Of a stretch of 64,000 nt of DNA, positions 39,751 to 48,612 are shown piece after piece. A model generated the notes under the pieces. It had not been told where the DNA came from and ran no database searches. It saw only the letters and a list, made by a program, of their open reading frames with translations. The stretch is taken from positions 5,779 through 69,778 of the forward strand of contig CAYQVD010000003.1 in the NCBI GenBank assembly GCA_964421125.1, written 5' to 3'. The first letter of the stretch is position 1. Every line of letters begins with the position of its first letter. The stretch comes from an uncultured Bdellovibrionales bacterium. GTDB taxonomy: Bacteria > Patescibacteriota > Minisyncoccia > Moranbacterales > DUUL01. Made by a program: the position numbers and the translations under genes.

Positions 39751-39882
39751 ATGAACAATATACCGATAAAAATAAAAATCGAGACATACGATACACTACC
39801 AAATGTTCCGGGTTTGATGTTGTTCGAATCTGGTTCTGAAGTTGAAAATTTAGTAGCAAAAACAAAACCGACAATTTTTTAA
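39751..39882 (+). CDS. Possible 43-aa small protein (MNNIPIKIKIETYDTLPNVPGL...)
   Basis: ATG to TAA open frame in the leader; no SD; stop codon lies in a hairpin loop. Confidence 0.3.
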   Translation: MNNIPIKIKIETYDTLPNVPGLMLFESGSEVENLVAKTKPTIF

Positions 39883-40055
39883 TGTTGGTTTTTGTTAAAT
39901 TGAAGTCCCGGAATTAGTTTTTTTATGAAAATTAGCCTGGCACTTTGAAAAACACAACGTTTGAAAAAACGTTTATACATATATCATACTGAATCAAAAA
40001 ATTAAGATTTTGCAAATAAACTTTCCTCTGCGATGAGGAGAAAGGACGTGATGAT

Positions 40056-41258
40056 ATGAATATTAAGAATAGTGCTAATAACAGAGATGTTAGAGAATGT
40101 GATTTTGTTGCGCACAGAGTGGAATCTCGCAATAAATTGCTGGATCATAAGTGTTTTCGTAATTTTCATAAGAATCCGGAGAAGGCAAAAGAAAGAAGAT
40201 TTTGGCCATTATTGCCTTATTGCTGGATTAGAAGTTTTCTGGTTCTTTTTTCGAAAAAACCTTTCGATGTGGTGGATGAATTTATTCATGCTCCTACATC
40301 CGAGACGGTTATTCGAGAAAGAATCGTCTTATTGAAAAACTATGGCTGGCATTTTTTACCGAAAATTCATCTTCAGAATTTTATCAAGGCTCGTATTTTG
40401 AAAACAGTTCTTGATATTCAGAGGCCTGGCAAAGTAGTTGGTCTTGGTGCATTAATAAAAGATCACAGTTTAACGCAAGGAGGAGAATGGGTTGTTGAAC
40501 AACTTGGTGACAGGTTGGTATCTCCTATTGTTCATGGTGATACAGCTACGGCTGGTTACGTCATGGAAAATATGGAGAAGATTATGAAAACAAGGAAGCT
40601 TAGTGGACCGATTGCTTTGACGGGACCAACTTCAAAAATTGGGAAAGTAATTGCAAAAATATTTTCTGAGTTCCATGTGATTTTTTGTATTACAAAGGAT
40701 GAAAAAAGGTTTCTTAAACTTCAGTCTCAAGCTAAAAATCCTAAAAACCTGGTTTTTTGTCCAAATTCTCGGAAGGCTACTGGTTGTCCGTTGTGGGTAA
40801 CTGGAAAGTTTAAGCCTGCAGGAAAAAAGCTTTTAAGTTGTATTCCGCAGGGAGCTGCAGTACTGAATTTTGCAGTGCCAAACCCTCTTAATAAAAAAAT
40901 CGTAAAAGCTATTCGTCCCGATCTTTTTGTTGCTGAAGCTGGTTTAGTTGAAATAGATCCTACTTTCTCAGGTCAAGAGTTCACTATGCGACTTTGCCCT
41001 GAATTCACTTATGCTTGTGACGGTGGCACTCGGATTCATGCAGCCATGAATTGGACACATAACGAGGTCGGAGAGGTTGAAATTGATCAGGTTTCAGTGG
41101 TCATGGAGGCCGGTCATAACCTTGGATTTGAACCTCACTTAGAGATTCTCTGGGATCCGGCTTGGCATGTCGTAGAGGTTATTGCGCCAAGAACGGACAA
41201 ATGGTATTGGTTAAAAATCAAAAAGGGTTTGGCAAGGAATGCTGGAATTTTTCTGTAA
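40056..41258 (+). CDS. CER3/CER1 C-terminal (WAX2)-like, acyl-ACP-reductase-related NAD(P)-binding protein
   Basis: KVVGLGALIKDHSLTQGG, IVHGDTATA, LTGPTSKIGKVIA, YACDGG..IHAAMNWTHNEVGEVEIDQV; collinear with CER3 motifs as recalled. Confidence 0.78.
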   Translation: MNIKNSANNRDVRECDFVAHRVESRNKLLDHKCFRNFHKNPEKAKERRFWPLLPYCWIRSFLVLFSKKPFDVVDEFIHAPTSETVIRERIVLLKNYGWHFLPKIHLQNFIKARILKTVLDIQRPGKVVGLGALIKDHSLTQGGEWVVEQLGDRLVSPIVHGDTATAGYVMENMEKIMKTRKLSGPIALTGPTSKIGKVIAKIFSEFHVIFCITKDEKRFLKLQSQAKNPKNLVFCPNSRKATGCPLWVTGKFKPAGKKLLSCIPQGAAVLNFAVPNPLNKKIVKAIRPDLFVAEAGLVEIDPTFSGQEFTMRLCPEFTYACDGGTRIHAAMNWTHNEVGEVEIDQVSVVMEAGHNLGFEPHLEILWDPAWHVVEVIAPRTDKWYWLKIKKGLARNAGIFL

Positions 41259-41284
41259 TCTGAGTCGAAACTTTTTAAACTTTC

Positions 41285-41325
41285 AACCCTGGAATGTTAA
41301 TTCATTTCAGGGTTGTTTCTTTTTT
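41285..41325 (+). terminator. Intrinsic terminator
   Basis: AACCCTGGAATG..CATTTCAGGGTT followed by a T-rich tail. Confidence 0.75.
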
Positions 41326-41382
41326 ACAAGAAGATATGTTATAATTGTAATTAAATAAGCGGGGTTAAATTAAAATAAAAAA

Positions 41383-43623
41383 ATGGATTATAACTATACA
41401 GATATCTTTCCTTTATTAAGTGCAATTTTTGTTTTTGTGATTGGATTATTTGTGCTTCTTAAGAATAAAAAATCGAGAATTAATCTTACTTTTTTTCTTC
41501 ATGCGCTGGCGATTGCTCTTTGGTTATTTACTACCTTTATGATGTTTATAAGTAGAGAGAATCGTGAGCAGGCAATTTTTTGGGATAGAGCGGTTTATGC
41601 TTCAGTTGTCTTTATTCCTATTTTTATGTATCATTTCGGGCTTGCTTATATGAATAAAAAGCGAGACTTTTTGTTATATCTTGGCTATGCTTTATCTGTA
41701 ATATTTCTCCTGCTTGTTCCAACAAAATATTTTGTTAATGATATTTTTATTTATAAATGGGGTGTTCATACTAAGGCGCAACTCTTTCATCATATATTTT
41801 TAGTTTATTTTGTTTCTTATGTAATTATTTGGTTTATAAAGATATTTTTTTATTATAAGAAATTAAAGTCACCACTTTTAAAGGAACAAACGAAATATAT
41901 TATTTTAGGATTTTTATTTTTGTTTACTATTGGTCCTGTGGCATATCTTCCTGCTTATGGGATTGGTATCTACCCTTTTGCTTATGTTTCAGGAGTAATC
42001 TTTTCAGCAATTATCGCTTATGCTATTGTGAGGCATCGTTTGATGGATATTAAGTTGGTTTTTAGGAGATCAACAGTTTTTGCTTTGTCATTATTTTTAA
42101 TTTTAATTCCAGCTTTCGTTGCCAAGTATTTTCTTGAAAAATATTTAGGAAGTGTTTCTGTCTGGCTTGATTTGATTATTTTGATTATTGGAGTTGTTAG
42201 TTATCCTTTTGCGAGAGATTATTCTTTTAAAATTGCTAATAAATATTTCTTCTCATCACTTTATGATGGTCAGCAAGTTATTGCTGAAGTCAGTGATAGA
42301 CTAAGAATGATTATGGATATTAAGAAGGTTTATGACTTTATATATTCAGTTCTGTTAAAAACTTTTCATACTAAGACTTTTGCTGTCATTTCTTATAACA
42401 AAGAAAGAAAAGAGTACGCCATTCAATATAATAAGGGAATTAAAATTAAGAAGAATAATGTTTTTGATGGAAATGATTTTTTGCATCGATATTTTACGGA
42501 GCAAAACAAAGCAATTGTTGTTGAAGAAGTGAAAAAGATGTATTACAATAATAAAACTAAAAAAACAATCGATCTTTTGATTGAGTTAAATATTAGCATT
42601 TTGGCTCCTCTTAACGTTAAGAATAAGACAATCGGATTATTGGTATTAGGACCGAAAGAGTCAGGTGATATGTATAACGATGAAGATTTTCAGGTTTTGG
42701 AGATTATTGGGGCTCAAGCAGCGGTTTCTATTGAAAATGCTCAGTTGTATTCTGAAGTTAAAGAGTTTAATGAAAAACTTGAAGAAAAGGTGGAGAATGC
42801 AACAATTGAGCTTCGGAGTACGAATAGTGAATTGAAGGATATGAATGAAAAATTAGTGACTGCTTATGAAAAACTTCATCAACTTGATCGGGCTAAGACA
42901 GAATTTATTTCAATTGCTTCTCATCAACTTCGAACGCCGTTGACTTCAATTAAAGGATTTATTTCCCTTTTACTTGATGGAACTTATGGGGAAATTCATA
43001 AAGTTACTCGAGAGGTTTTAGAAAAAGTTTTTATTTCTAATGAAAGATTAATTAAACTTGTTGAAGATTTATTGAATATTTCTCGAATTGAATCTGGTAA
43101 ATTAGTATTTCGTTTTAATAAGGATGATATCACTGAATTAGTAAAAGACATGGTTGATAGTTTTGAATTGGCAGCTAAAAATAAGAAATTGAAACTTGAA
43201 TATCGATCTCCAAAGAAAAAGATTCCGGAGATATATTTTGATCACGATAAGATGAGAGAAATAATTTCTAATTTGATTGATAATTCAATTAAATATACAA
43301 AGAAGGGTTCAGTTAGTGTGACTGTAGAGAGTGATAAGGATTTTGTTAGAATTGTAGTTTCTGATTCAGGGATGGGGATTGTAAAGGAAGAGGTAAGATA
43401 TATTTTTGAAAAATTTCAGCGAGGGAAAGACAGTAGCACTACTCATACAGAAGGAATTGGATTGGGACTTTATGTTTGTGAAAAAATGTTGTCTTTGCAT
43501 AAGGGTAAAATATGGGCAGAATCTGAAGGTCTTGGAAAAGGTAGTAAATTTATTATTCAACTCAAGAGAGATTTTGTCCCGGAAGATATGATAAAAACTA
43601 TTGGGAAAGAAAAGAGAAATTAG
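41383..43623 (+). CDS. Sensor histidine kinase (multi-TM N-terminus, GAF, HisKA, HATPase)
   Basis: ASHQLRTPLT H-box, NLIDNSIKY, DSGMG, GIGLGL; GAF ends AAVSIENAQLY. Confidence 0.94.
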   Translation: MDYNYTDIFPLLSAIFVFVIGLFVLLKNKKSRINLTFFLHALAIALWLFTTFMMFISRENREQAIFWDRAVYASVVFIPIFMYHFGLAYMNKKRDFLLYLGYALSVIFLLLVPTKYFVNDIFIYKWGVHTKAQLFHHIFLVYFVSYVIIWFIKIFFYYKKLKSPLLKEQTKYIILGFLFLFTIGPVAYLPAYGIGIYPFAYVSGVIFSAIIAYAIVRHRLMDIKLVFRRSTVFALSLFLILIPAFVAKYFLEKYLGSVSVWLDLIILIIGVVSYPFARDYSFKIANKYFFSSLYDGQQVIAEVSDRLRMIMDIKKVYDFIYSVLLKTFHTKTFAVISYNKERKEYAIQYNKGIKIKKNNVFDGNDFLHRYFTEQNKAIVVEEVKKMYYNNKTKKTIDLLIELNISILAPLNVKNKTIGLLVLGPKESGDMYNDEDFQVLEIIGAQAAVSIENAQLYSEVKEFNEKLEEKVENATIELRSTNSELKDMNEKLVTAYEKLHQLDRAKTEFISIASHQLRTPLTSIKGFISLLLDGTYGEIHKVTREVLEKVFISNERLIKLVEDLLNISRIESGKLVFRFNKDDITELVKDMVDSFELAAKNKKLKLEYRSPKKKIPEIYFDHDKMREIISNLIDNSIKYTKKGSVSVTVESDKDFVRIVVSDSGMGIVKEEVRYIFEKFQRGKDSSTTHTEGIGLGLYVCEKMLSLHKGKIWAESEGLGKGSKFIIQLKRDFVPEDMIKTIGKEKRN

Positions 43624-43682
43624 GATTTTGGAGAAGTACTGAATAAAATGAATAAAAAATAAATTTTTCAAAGGTTTAATTC

Positions 43683-43718
43683 AAAGACTAGGAGTTTATT
43701 GGAGCTTCTAGTCTTTTG
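43683..43718. terminator. Bidirectional terminator between the kinase gene and the tRNA
   Basis: AAAGACTAGGAG..CTTCTAGTCTTT. Confidence 0.75.
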
Positions 43719-43764
43719 TAAATAAAAACACTTAATGTAAATTAGGTGTTTTAAAATATGAAAG

Positions 43765-43837
43765 TGGGCGCAGAGGGATTCGAACCCCCGACCATCAGCT
43801 TAAAAGGCTGTTGCTCTACCAACTGAGCTATGCGCCC
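43765..43837 (-). tRNA. tRNA-Lys (anticodon TTT), CCA not encoded
   Basis: GGGCGCA-TA-GCTCAGTTGGTAGAGC-A-ACAGC-CTTTTAA-GCTGA-TGGTC-GGGGGTTCGAATCCCTC-TGCGCCC-A; A27:A43 mismatch. Confidence 0.96.
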
Positions 43838-44120
43838 GTAATCGACAATTAACTTTTGACAATTTACAATTAACGACAAATTCCCGTTTTTAGAAGTTGC
43901 GGGAAAGATTTTATATCTAACCCTCTTTGGTTCTTCTTTAGCCTAAAAGAGTTGTTTTTTAAATTGAGATATCAAACATGTTAAATTATATATTCAACTT
44001 GCGAACAAGTCAATAGGGAGGTAGAATAGAGGGGTAATTTTCATTTCTCAATTTCCAATTTTCATTGAATTTTCAATTAGTTAATTTTCAATGAGTTTTG
44101 AATAGATTGAATACAAGGGA

Positions 44121-44144
44121 AATTACGTAATTAATTACGTAATT
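44121..44144. promoter_or_regulatory. Perfect 24-bp palindrome (AATTACGTAATT x2), candidate operator
   Basis: Ends 9 bp before the ATG at 44154. Confidence 0.45.
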
Positions 44145-44153
44145 AATCAATGT

Positions 44154-44861
44154 ATGAAGAAAATTGTTTTTGATATTGAGACTGCTGGAGAAGATTTTAA
44201 TGAGATGGATGAGGTGACACAATCTGCTCTTAGTAAGTGGATTGATCGAGTTGCTTCTGATGATAAAGAGAGACAAAAACTTCTTAATGAGCTGAAAGGT
44301 GGTATGGGATTTTCTCCTTTTACGGGAGAAATTGTGGCAATTGGAGTCTTTGATGTTGATACTGAAAAAGGGGCTGTTTATTATCAAGATTCTCAAAATA
44401 AAGAAGAGTCAGAAAAAGATGGAGTGAAATTGAAACCAATGAATGAAAAAGAAATGCTTGAAAATTTTTGGAGAATTGTGGATCATGGCAAGGAATTTAT
44501 TAGTTATAATGGGAGAGGTTTTGATGTTCCTTTTTTAATGATTCGATCAGCGAAGTATGGAATCAAACCAACGAAAAATTTAATGTCGAATCGTTATCTT
44601 AATAGTCAATTTGAAGGAGCTAAGCATGTTGATTTAATGGATCAATTAACTTTCTATGGAGCAGTGAGGAGAAATCCAAATTTACATATAGCTTGTAGAC
44701 TTTTCGGAATTCCAAGCCCAAAAGAGGAAGGAGTGACTGGTGACAAGGTCACGGAACTTTTCAATGCAGGACGATGTCAAGAAATTGCTGAATATAATGC
44801 GAGGGATTTGAAATCAACAGCTGAGGTTTATGATTATTGGAATAAGTATTTAAGGATATAG
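44154..44861 (+). CDS. Stand-alone PolB-like DEDDy 3'-5' exonuclease
   Basis: FDIET, SYNGRGFDVPFL, HVDLMD, EYNARD. Confidence 0.88.
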   Translation: MKKIVFDIETAGEDFNEMDEVTQSALSKWIDRVASDDKERQKLLNELKGGMGFSPFTGEIVAIGVFDVDTEKGAVYYQDSQNKEESEKDGVKLKPMNEKEMLENFWRIVDHGKEFISYNGRGFDVPFLMIRSAKYGIKPTKNLMSNRYLNSQFEGAKHVDLMDQLTFYGAVRRNPNLHIACRLFGIPSPKEEGVTGDKVTELFNAGRCQEIAEYNARDLKSTAEVYDYWNKYLRI

Positions 44862-44879
44862 GGAGTAAATTTGAGGTTT

Positions 44880-44946
44880 TATGTAAGTAAAGTATTACTT
44901 ACATAGAAATTGGACTAATGGATTCCTGCTTTCGCAGGAATGACAA
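44880..44946 (+). repeat. Composite hairpin plus REP (paralogue of 667-755)
   Basis: TATGTAAGTAAAGTATTACTTACATA ... TGGATTCCTGCTTTCGCAGGAATGAC. Confidence 0.88.
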
Positions 44947-44969
44947 TTTAAAGAATAATTTCTTTATAT

Positions 44970-46229
44970 ATGCAAGAATTTAACCAAGAAGCAAAAGATC
45001 AAATTAGAAGGGCAACGTTGAATATTAAACGTTCCAAGGAAGACTCTTTGAAAAGAGTTGGTTTGAGCGAGGAAGAATACAAAAAGAAAATGCAAGAAAT
45101 TCGAAGGAGATGTTTAAACGATTTTGAGTTTTCATTGGAGAAAGCAAAAGAGAATTTTCAGAAAAATGGGGTTATAGTGCATGAAGCAAGAAGTAAAGAA
45201 GATGCGCAAGAAATTGTTAGAAAGTTAACGGTTGATTCTAAGAAAATAGTTAAATCAAAAACTAACACTGGAAGTGAAATTGAATTAAAGAGTATTTTAA
45301 AGGATTTTGAATATTCAGAAACTGATCTTGGTGATTTTGTAGCTGACTTAATGAAGGAAGATGGAATCCATTATGTTTTGCCAGCACTTCACATTAAATC
45401 TGGAGAAATTGCAAAAAAGATTGAGGAAGAATTTGACGAAAAGATTGATGATGATCCGGAAAAAATTACAAGATATTTGTGTGATGTGATTAGGAAAAAT
45501 ATTTTAGAAGCTGATACGGGAATTACGGGAGCAAATTTTTTTACAAAAAATGGAGAAATTATTTTACTTGAAAATGAAGGAAATATTTCACTTGTGAGTC
45601 GATTACCTGAGAAGCATATTGTTCTTTGTGGAATTAATAAAATCGTTGATAGTGTGGCTGATGCAACTGAGCTTTCTCAAGCAACAGCAATTTTTGGGAC
45701 AGGACAGTATAATCCTCAATATATCTCAATTATTACTGGACCATCAAAGACAGCAGATATCTCAAGTCACCTTGTGACGGGAGCTCAGGGGGCAAGGGAG
45801 ATTCATTTGGTTTTGCTTGATGGAGGACGAAGCAATTTAATGAAAAAAGAATTCTTTAAAGATCTTTGTTCTTGTGTTGGATGTGGAGCTTGTTTGAATT
45901 TTTGTCCTGCATTTAATGAACTTGGAAAGGAATATGGAGGGAAAACGGTTGGAATTAAAGAAATGATTTTCGAATATTTTAATCAAACAGGATTTGATGA
46001 GAGATTAGCTAAAAACTTTTTTAAATGTATTTTATGTGGTACTTGCACAGAAAATTGTCCGATGGGAATTGATTTAACTGGAATGTCTCGAAAGATACGA
46101 GAAGAATTGAACGAAAAAGGCGAAGGATTGTCAGTAACTAAGGAAATGATTAAAACAATTGAAAAATACGGAAATCCTTTTGGAGAAAAAAAGAAAACAG
46201 ATAAACCAGATAAGCTTTATTGCTGTTAA
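44970..46229 (+). CDS. LUD-domain [4Fe-4S] protein (LutB/YkgF-like)
   Basis: KSK, ETDLG, GITGANF, ENEGN, ITGPSKTADI; two CxxCxxCxxxCP motifs. Confidence 0.88.
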   Translation: MQEFNQEAKDQIRRATLNIKRSKEDSLKRVGLSEEEYKKKMQEIRRRCLNDFEFSLEKAKENFQKNGVIVHEARSKEDAQEIVRKLTVDSKKIVKSKTNTGSEIELKSILKDFEYSETDLGDFVADLMKEDGIHYVLPALHIKSGEIAKKIEEEFDEKIDDDPEKITRYLCDVIRKNILEADTGITGANFFTKNGEIILLENEGNISLVSRLPEKHIVLCGINKIVDSVADATELSQATAIFGTGQYNPQYISIITGPSKTADISSHLVTGAQGAREIHLVLLDGGRSNLMKKEFFKDLCSCVGCGACLNFCPAFNELGKEYGGKTVGIKEMIFEYFNQTGFDERLAKNFFKCILCGTCTENCPMGIDLTGMSRKIREELNEKGEGLSVTKEMIKTIEKYGNPFGEKKKTDKPDKLYCC

Positions 46230-46275
46230 ATAAATCATATAATATAATTATCTTAAATTAATTAATATAAAAATT

Positions 46276-46836
46276 ATGAAAAATGAGCCCAAAATATTAA
46301 CGCCAGAAGAAATAGCTAAAATACAAAACGAGAGGACATTATCAGATGCTGAATTAATTAATGGAGGAGCTGGATATACTCCTTCTCTTCATAATGATGG
46401 CACGAGATTTGATCTAGAGAATAAACAGATAAGAGAATTAGAAAAGGAGATGGGAGAAAGTAAACAAGAATCTCCTAGTATTAAGTTGCCAAAAAATCCT
46501 GAGGTAATTAAAAAATTAAAAAATAAATTAGAAGAATACAAGAAACGACTTGAAAAGATAAAAAATTCAGAGGATTATAATAATGAATATAATTCACCCG
46601 AAGAAGCTTTTAAGAAGACAGCAGATGTATATTATAAGATTAAGATTTTAGAGGAAGTACTTACTTATGGTGAGGTTAAGACATATGAATTTTTAAGTAG
46701 ATTTAAAAAAAGAGATGAGCAATTTAACATAGAAGCATTTGAAAATGCTTGTGGGGTTATAAAAGATTACTGTGACACTGGAGGAGCGAATAATATTAAA
46801 GGGTCCTTGTCTGATTTATCGGATAATGTTAAATAA
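46276..46836 (+). CDS. Hypothetical protein
   Basis: 186-aa charged ORF with host-like codon usage. Confidence 0.75.
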   Translation: MKNEPKILTPEEIAKIQNERTLSDAELINGGAGYTPSLHNDGTRFDLENKQIRELEKEMGESKQESPSIKLPKNPEVIKKLKNKLEEYKKRLEKIKNSEDYNNEYNSPEEAFKKTADVYYKIKILEEVLTYGEVKTYEFLSRFKKRDEQFNIEAFENACGVIKDYCDTGGANNIKGSLSDLSDNVK

Positions 46837-46847
46837 AAAAATAATAC

Positions 46848-46878
46848 AAAAGAGGTACCCGCAGTTGCGTGATACCTC
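46848..46878. terminator. Terminator shared by the candidate 6S RNA and the 46276 gene
   Basis: GAGGTACC-CGC..GCG-t-GATACCTC with T tracts on both strands. Confidence 0.75.
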
Positions 46879-46888
46879 GTTATTTTTT

Positions 46889-47064
46889 GTGGTGCCGTGT
46901 TACATCCTGAAGTGAAAATGAATTTCAGGTCAACGATATTAATCAGGATCATTGAATCTCAAGTGATTGATTAATACCGGATCATTAACAGCTGACTAAA
47001 GATCTCGCTGGATCTATTTGGCTGTCTCCATTTTAATCAAAAGGATTTCTTCAGTGGCACCACC
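46889..47064 (-). ncRNA. ssrS: Probable 6S RNA
   Basis: ~176-nt rod: GTGGTGCC/GGCACCAC closing helix, ATCCT/AGGAT, AAAATGG/TCATTTT, central bubble, CAGCGA/TCGTTG, TTAGTCAG/CTGATTAA; 3' CCTGAA..TTCAGG..CGGCACC; TTGACA at 47097-47092; terminator downstream. Confidence 0.75.
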
Positions 47065-47141
47065 TTATTAATAACATAAATGGCCTTCGATTGTCAATGT
47101 AAAAAACTGACAAATAGGACTATTTGGTGTATGATAATTGC

Positions 47142-47780
47142 ATGGAAAATAAAGATATTGGAAAAGTGTCTTGTGCACAAGCTGATGAATGTATTAAAAA
47201 AACTGATGAAGAATTGGTTATTTTGGTGAAAAAAAATAGTGAATGTTTTGGTTGTTTAATTTCTCGATATGAAAATAAAATGATTAGATATATTCGAAGG
47301 ATTAGCGCGGTTAATGAGGAGATGGCTGAAGACATTGCTCAGAATATTTTTCTTAAAGTCTATATCAATTTAAATCAATTTGATCCAAAGTTGAAATTTT
47401 CAAGTTGGGTTTATCGAATTGCTCATAATGAAACAATTAATTATTGGCGTCGTAATAGTAAAGGAAAGCAACCGGATGTCTCATGGGATCAACATGAGTC
47501 ATTGAAAAACATAATAAAAGACAGTTTTAATACAGAGCAAAGAGTTTATCAAAAAATAACGAACGAAGAAGTGATGGTTGTGATTAATCAACTTGAGAAT
47601 AAGTATCGAGAGGTAATTATTTTAAGTTATATCGAGGGAAAAAATTATCAAGAAATTGCAGATATTTTAAATAAACCGTTGGGGACAATTGGAACATTGA
47701 TTAACAGAGGAAAAAAAATTCTTGCAAAAAAACTTAAAGAAAACGGAATTGATGAGAATGTAGCTGTTATTAATAATTAA
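47142..47780 (+). CDS. ECF (sigma70 group 4) sigma factor
   Basis: AEDIAQNIFLKVY, FSSWVYRIAHN, YQEIADIL..PLGTIGTLINRG; ATG 47142 follows CTGACA-N17-TATGAT. Confidence 0.93.
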   Translation: MENKDIGKVSCAQADECIKKTDEELVILVKKNSECFGCLISRYENKMIRYIRRISAVNEEMAEDIAQNIFLKVYINLNQFDPKLKFSSWVYRIAHNETINYWRRNSKGKQPDVSWDQHESLKNIIKDSFNTEQRVYQKITNEEVMVVINQLENKYREVIILSYIEGKNYQEIADILNKPLGTIGTLINRGKKILAKKLKENGIDENVAVINN

Positions 47781-47799
47781 TTTTTACTTTTCAAAAAAA

Positions 47800-48498
47800 A
47801 TGTCTTTGAAAGATGATCAAAAGAATAAAAAAATGTTTGGTGATGAAATTGTCAACGAAATAAAAAAGAATAATATAAAAATGAAACCACCTTGTTATTT
47901 TACGTTTGTTTATTTTGTTTGGATTTGTTTAGGAGCTATTTTGTTTTTAATTTCCTTGATATTATTAGGGATTATTATTCATTGTTTAAAGGAATATGAG
48001 TTCATTGGTCTTATTGGAAGAGGGTGTTTCTCTGGATGGTTTCTGATTCCTCTTTTAATTATGGCATTTTCTGTTTCTTTACTTTATCTTTCAAGTAGAT
48101 TTTATCGAAAAGGAAGAATTTGTTGTCGTCATGAAGAATGGATGCTTTTGTTAGCAATAGGAATTATAACAATTTTAGGACTTTTTATACTAGCGAGAAG
48201 TGATGTATTTAAGGGATGGAGGGATTTTGTTGAAGATTGTTGTGTAGAACAAGGAATTATTGTTTCAACTGAAGAATTTTGGTCTAATTCTCAAAAAGGT
48301 AGATTATCCGGAGAGGTCGTAGGAATAGATCGAGATAAAAAATACATATTAATTAAAAAAGGAGATAGTTTATGGAAAGTGCATACTAAAGATTGTGAGT
48401 GTAAAATTAATCATGAAACAGTTAAGGAGGGTGATTATATTAAGTTGATTGGAAAATTTGAAAATGAAAAGTTTCAGGCGGGAAAAGTCTGGGATTAG
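47800..48498 (+). CDS. 3-TM Cys-rich membrane protein, candidate anti-sigma factor
   Basis: 19 bp downstream of the ECF sigma gene; 3 TMs and a C-terminal beta-rich domain. Confidence 0.7.
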   Translation: MSLKDDQKNKKMFGDEIVNEIKKNNIKMKPPCYFTFVYFVWICLGAILFLISLILLGIIIHCLKEYEFIGLIGRGCFSGWFLIPLLIMAFSVSLLYLSSRFYRKGRICCRHEEWMLLLAIGIITILGLFILARSDVFKGWRDFVEDCCVEQGIIVSTEEFWSNSQKGRLSGEVVGIDRDKKYILIKKGDSLWKVHTKDCECKINHETVKEGDYIKLIGKFENEKFQAGKVWD

Positions 48499-48561
48499 GA
48501 ATAGCTTCGCAACCTGCCTGCCAGTAGACAGGTTTTCATTTATCAATTTCCAATTTCCAAT

Positions 48562-48590
48562 AATAAAACAAGCCTCTGGCTTGTTTTATT
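48562..48590. terminator. Bidirectional terminator
   Basis: AATAAAACAAGCC-tct-GGCTTGTTTTATT. Confidence 0.75.
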
Positions 48591-48612
48591 TAATTTCATT
48601 AAAAAGAAGGGA

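Noticed and set aside
39132-43765. Genomic island integrated at tRNA-Lys
   Set aside because: I found no duplicate of the tRNA 3' end and no integrase.
46767-46952. 61-aa minus-strand ORF
   Set aside because: It overlaps the 6S-like RNA, its terminator and the end of the 46276 gene.
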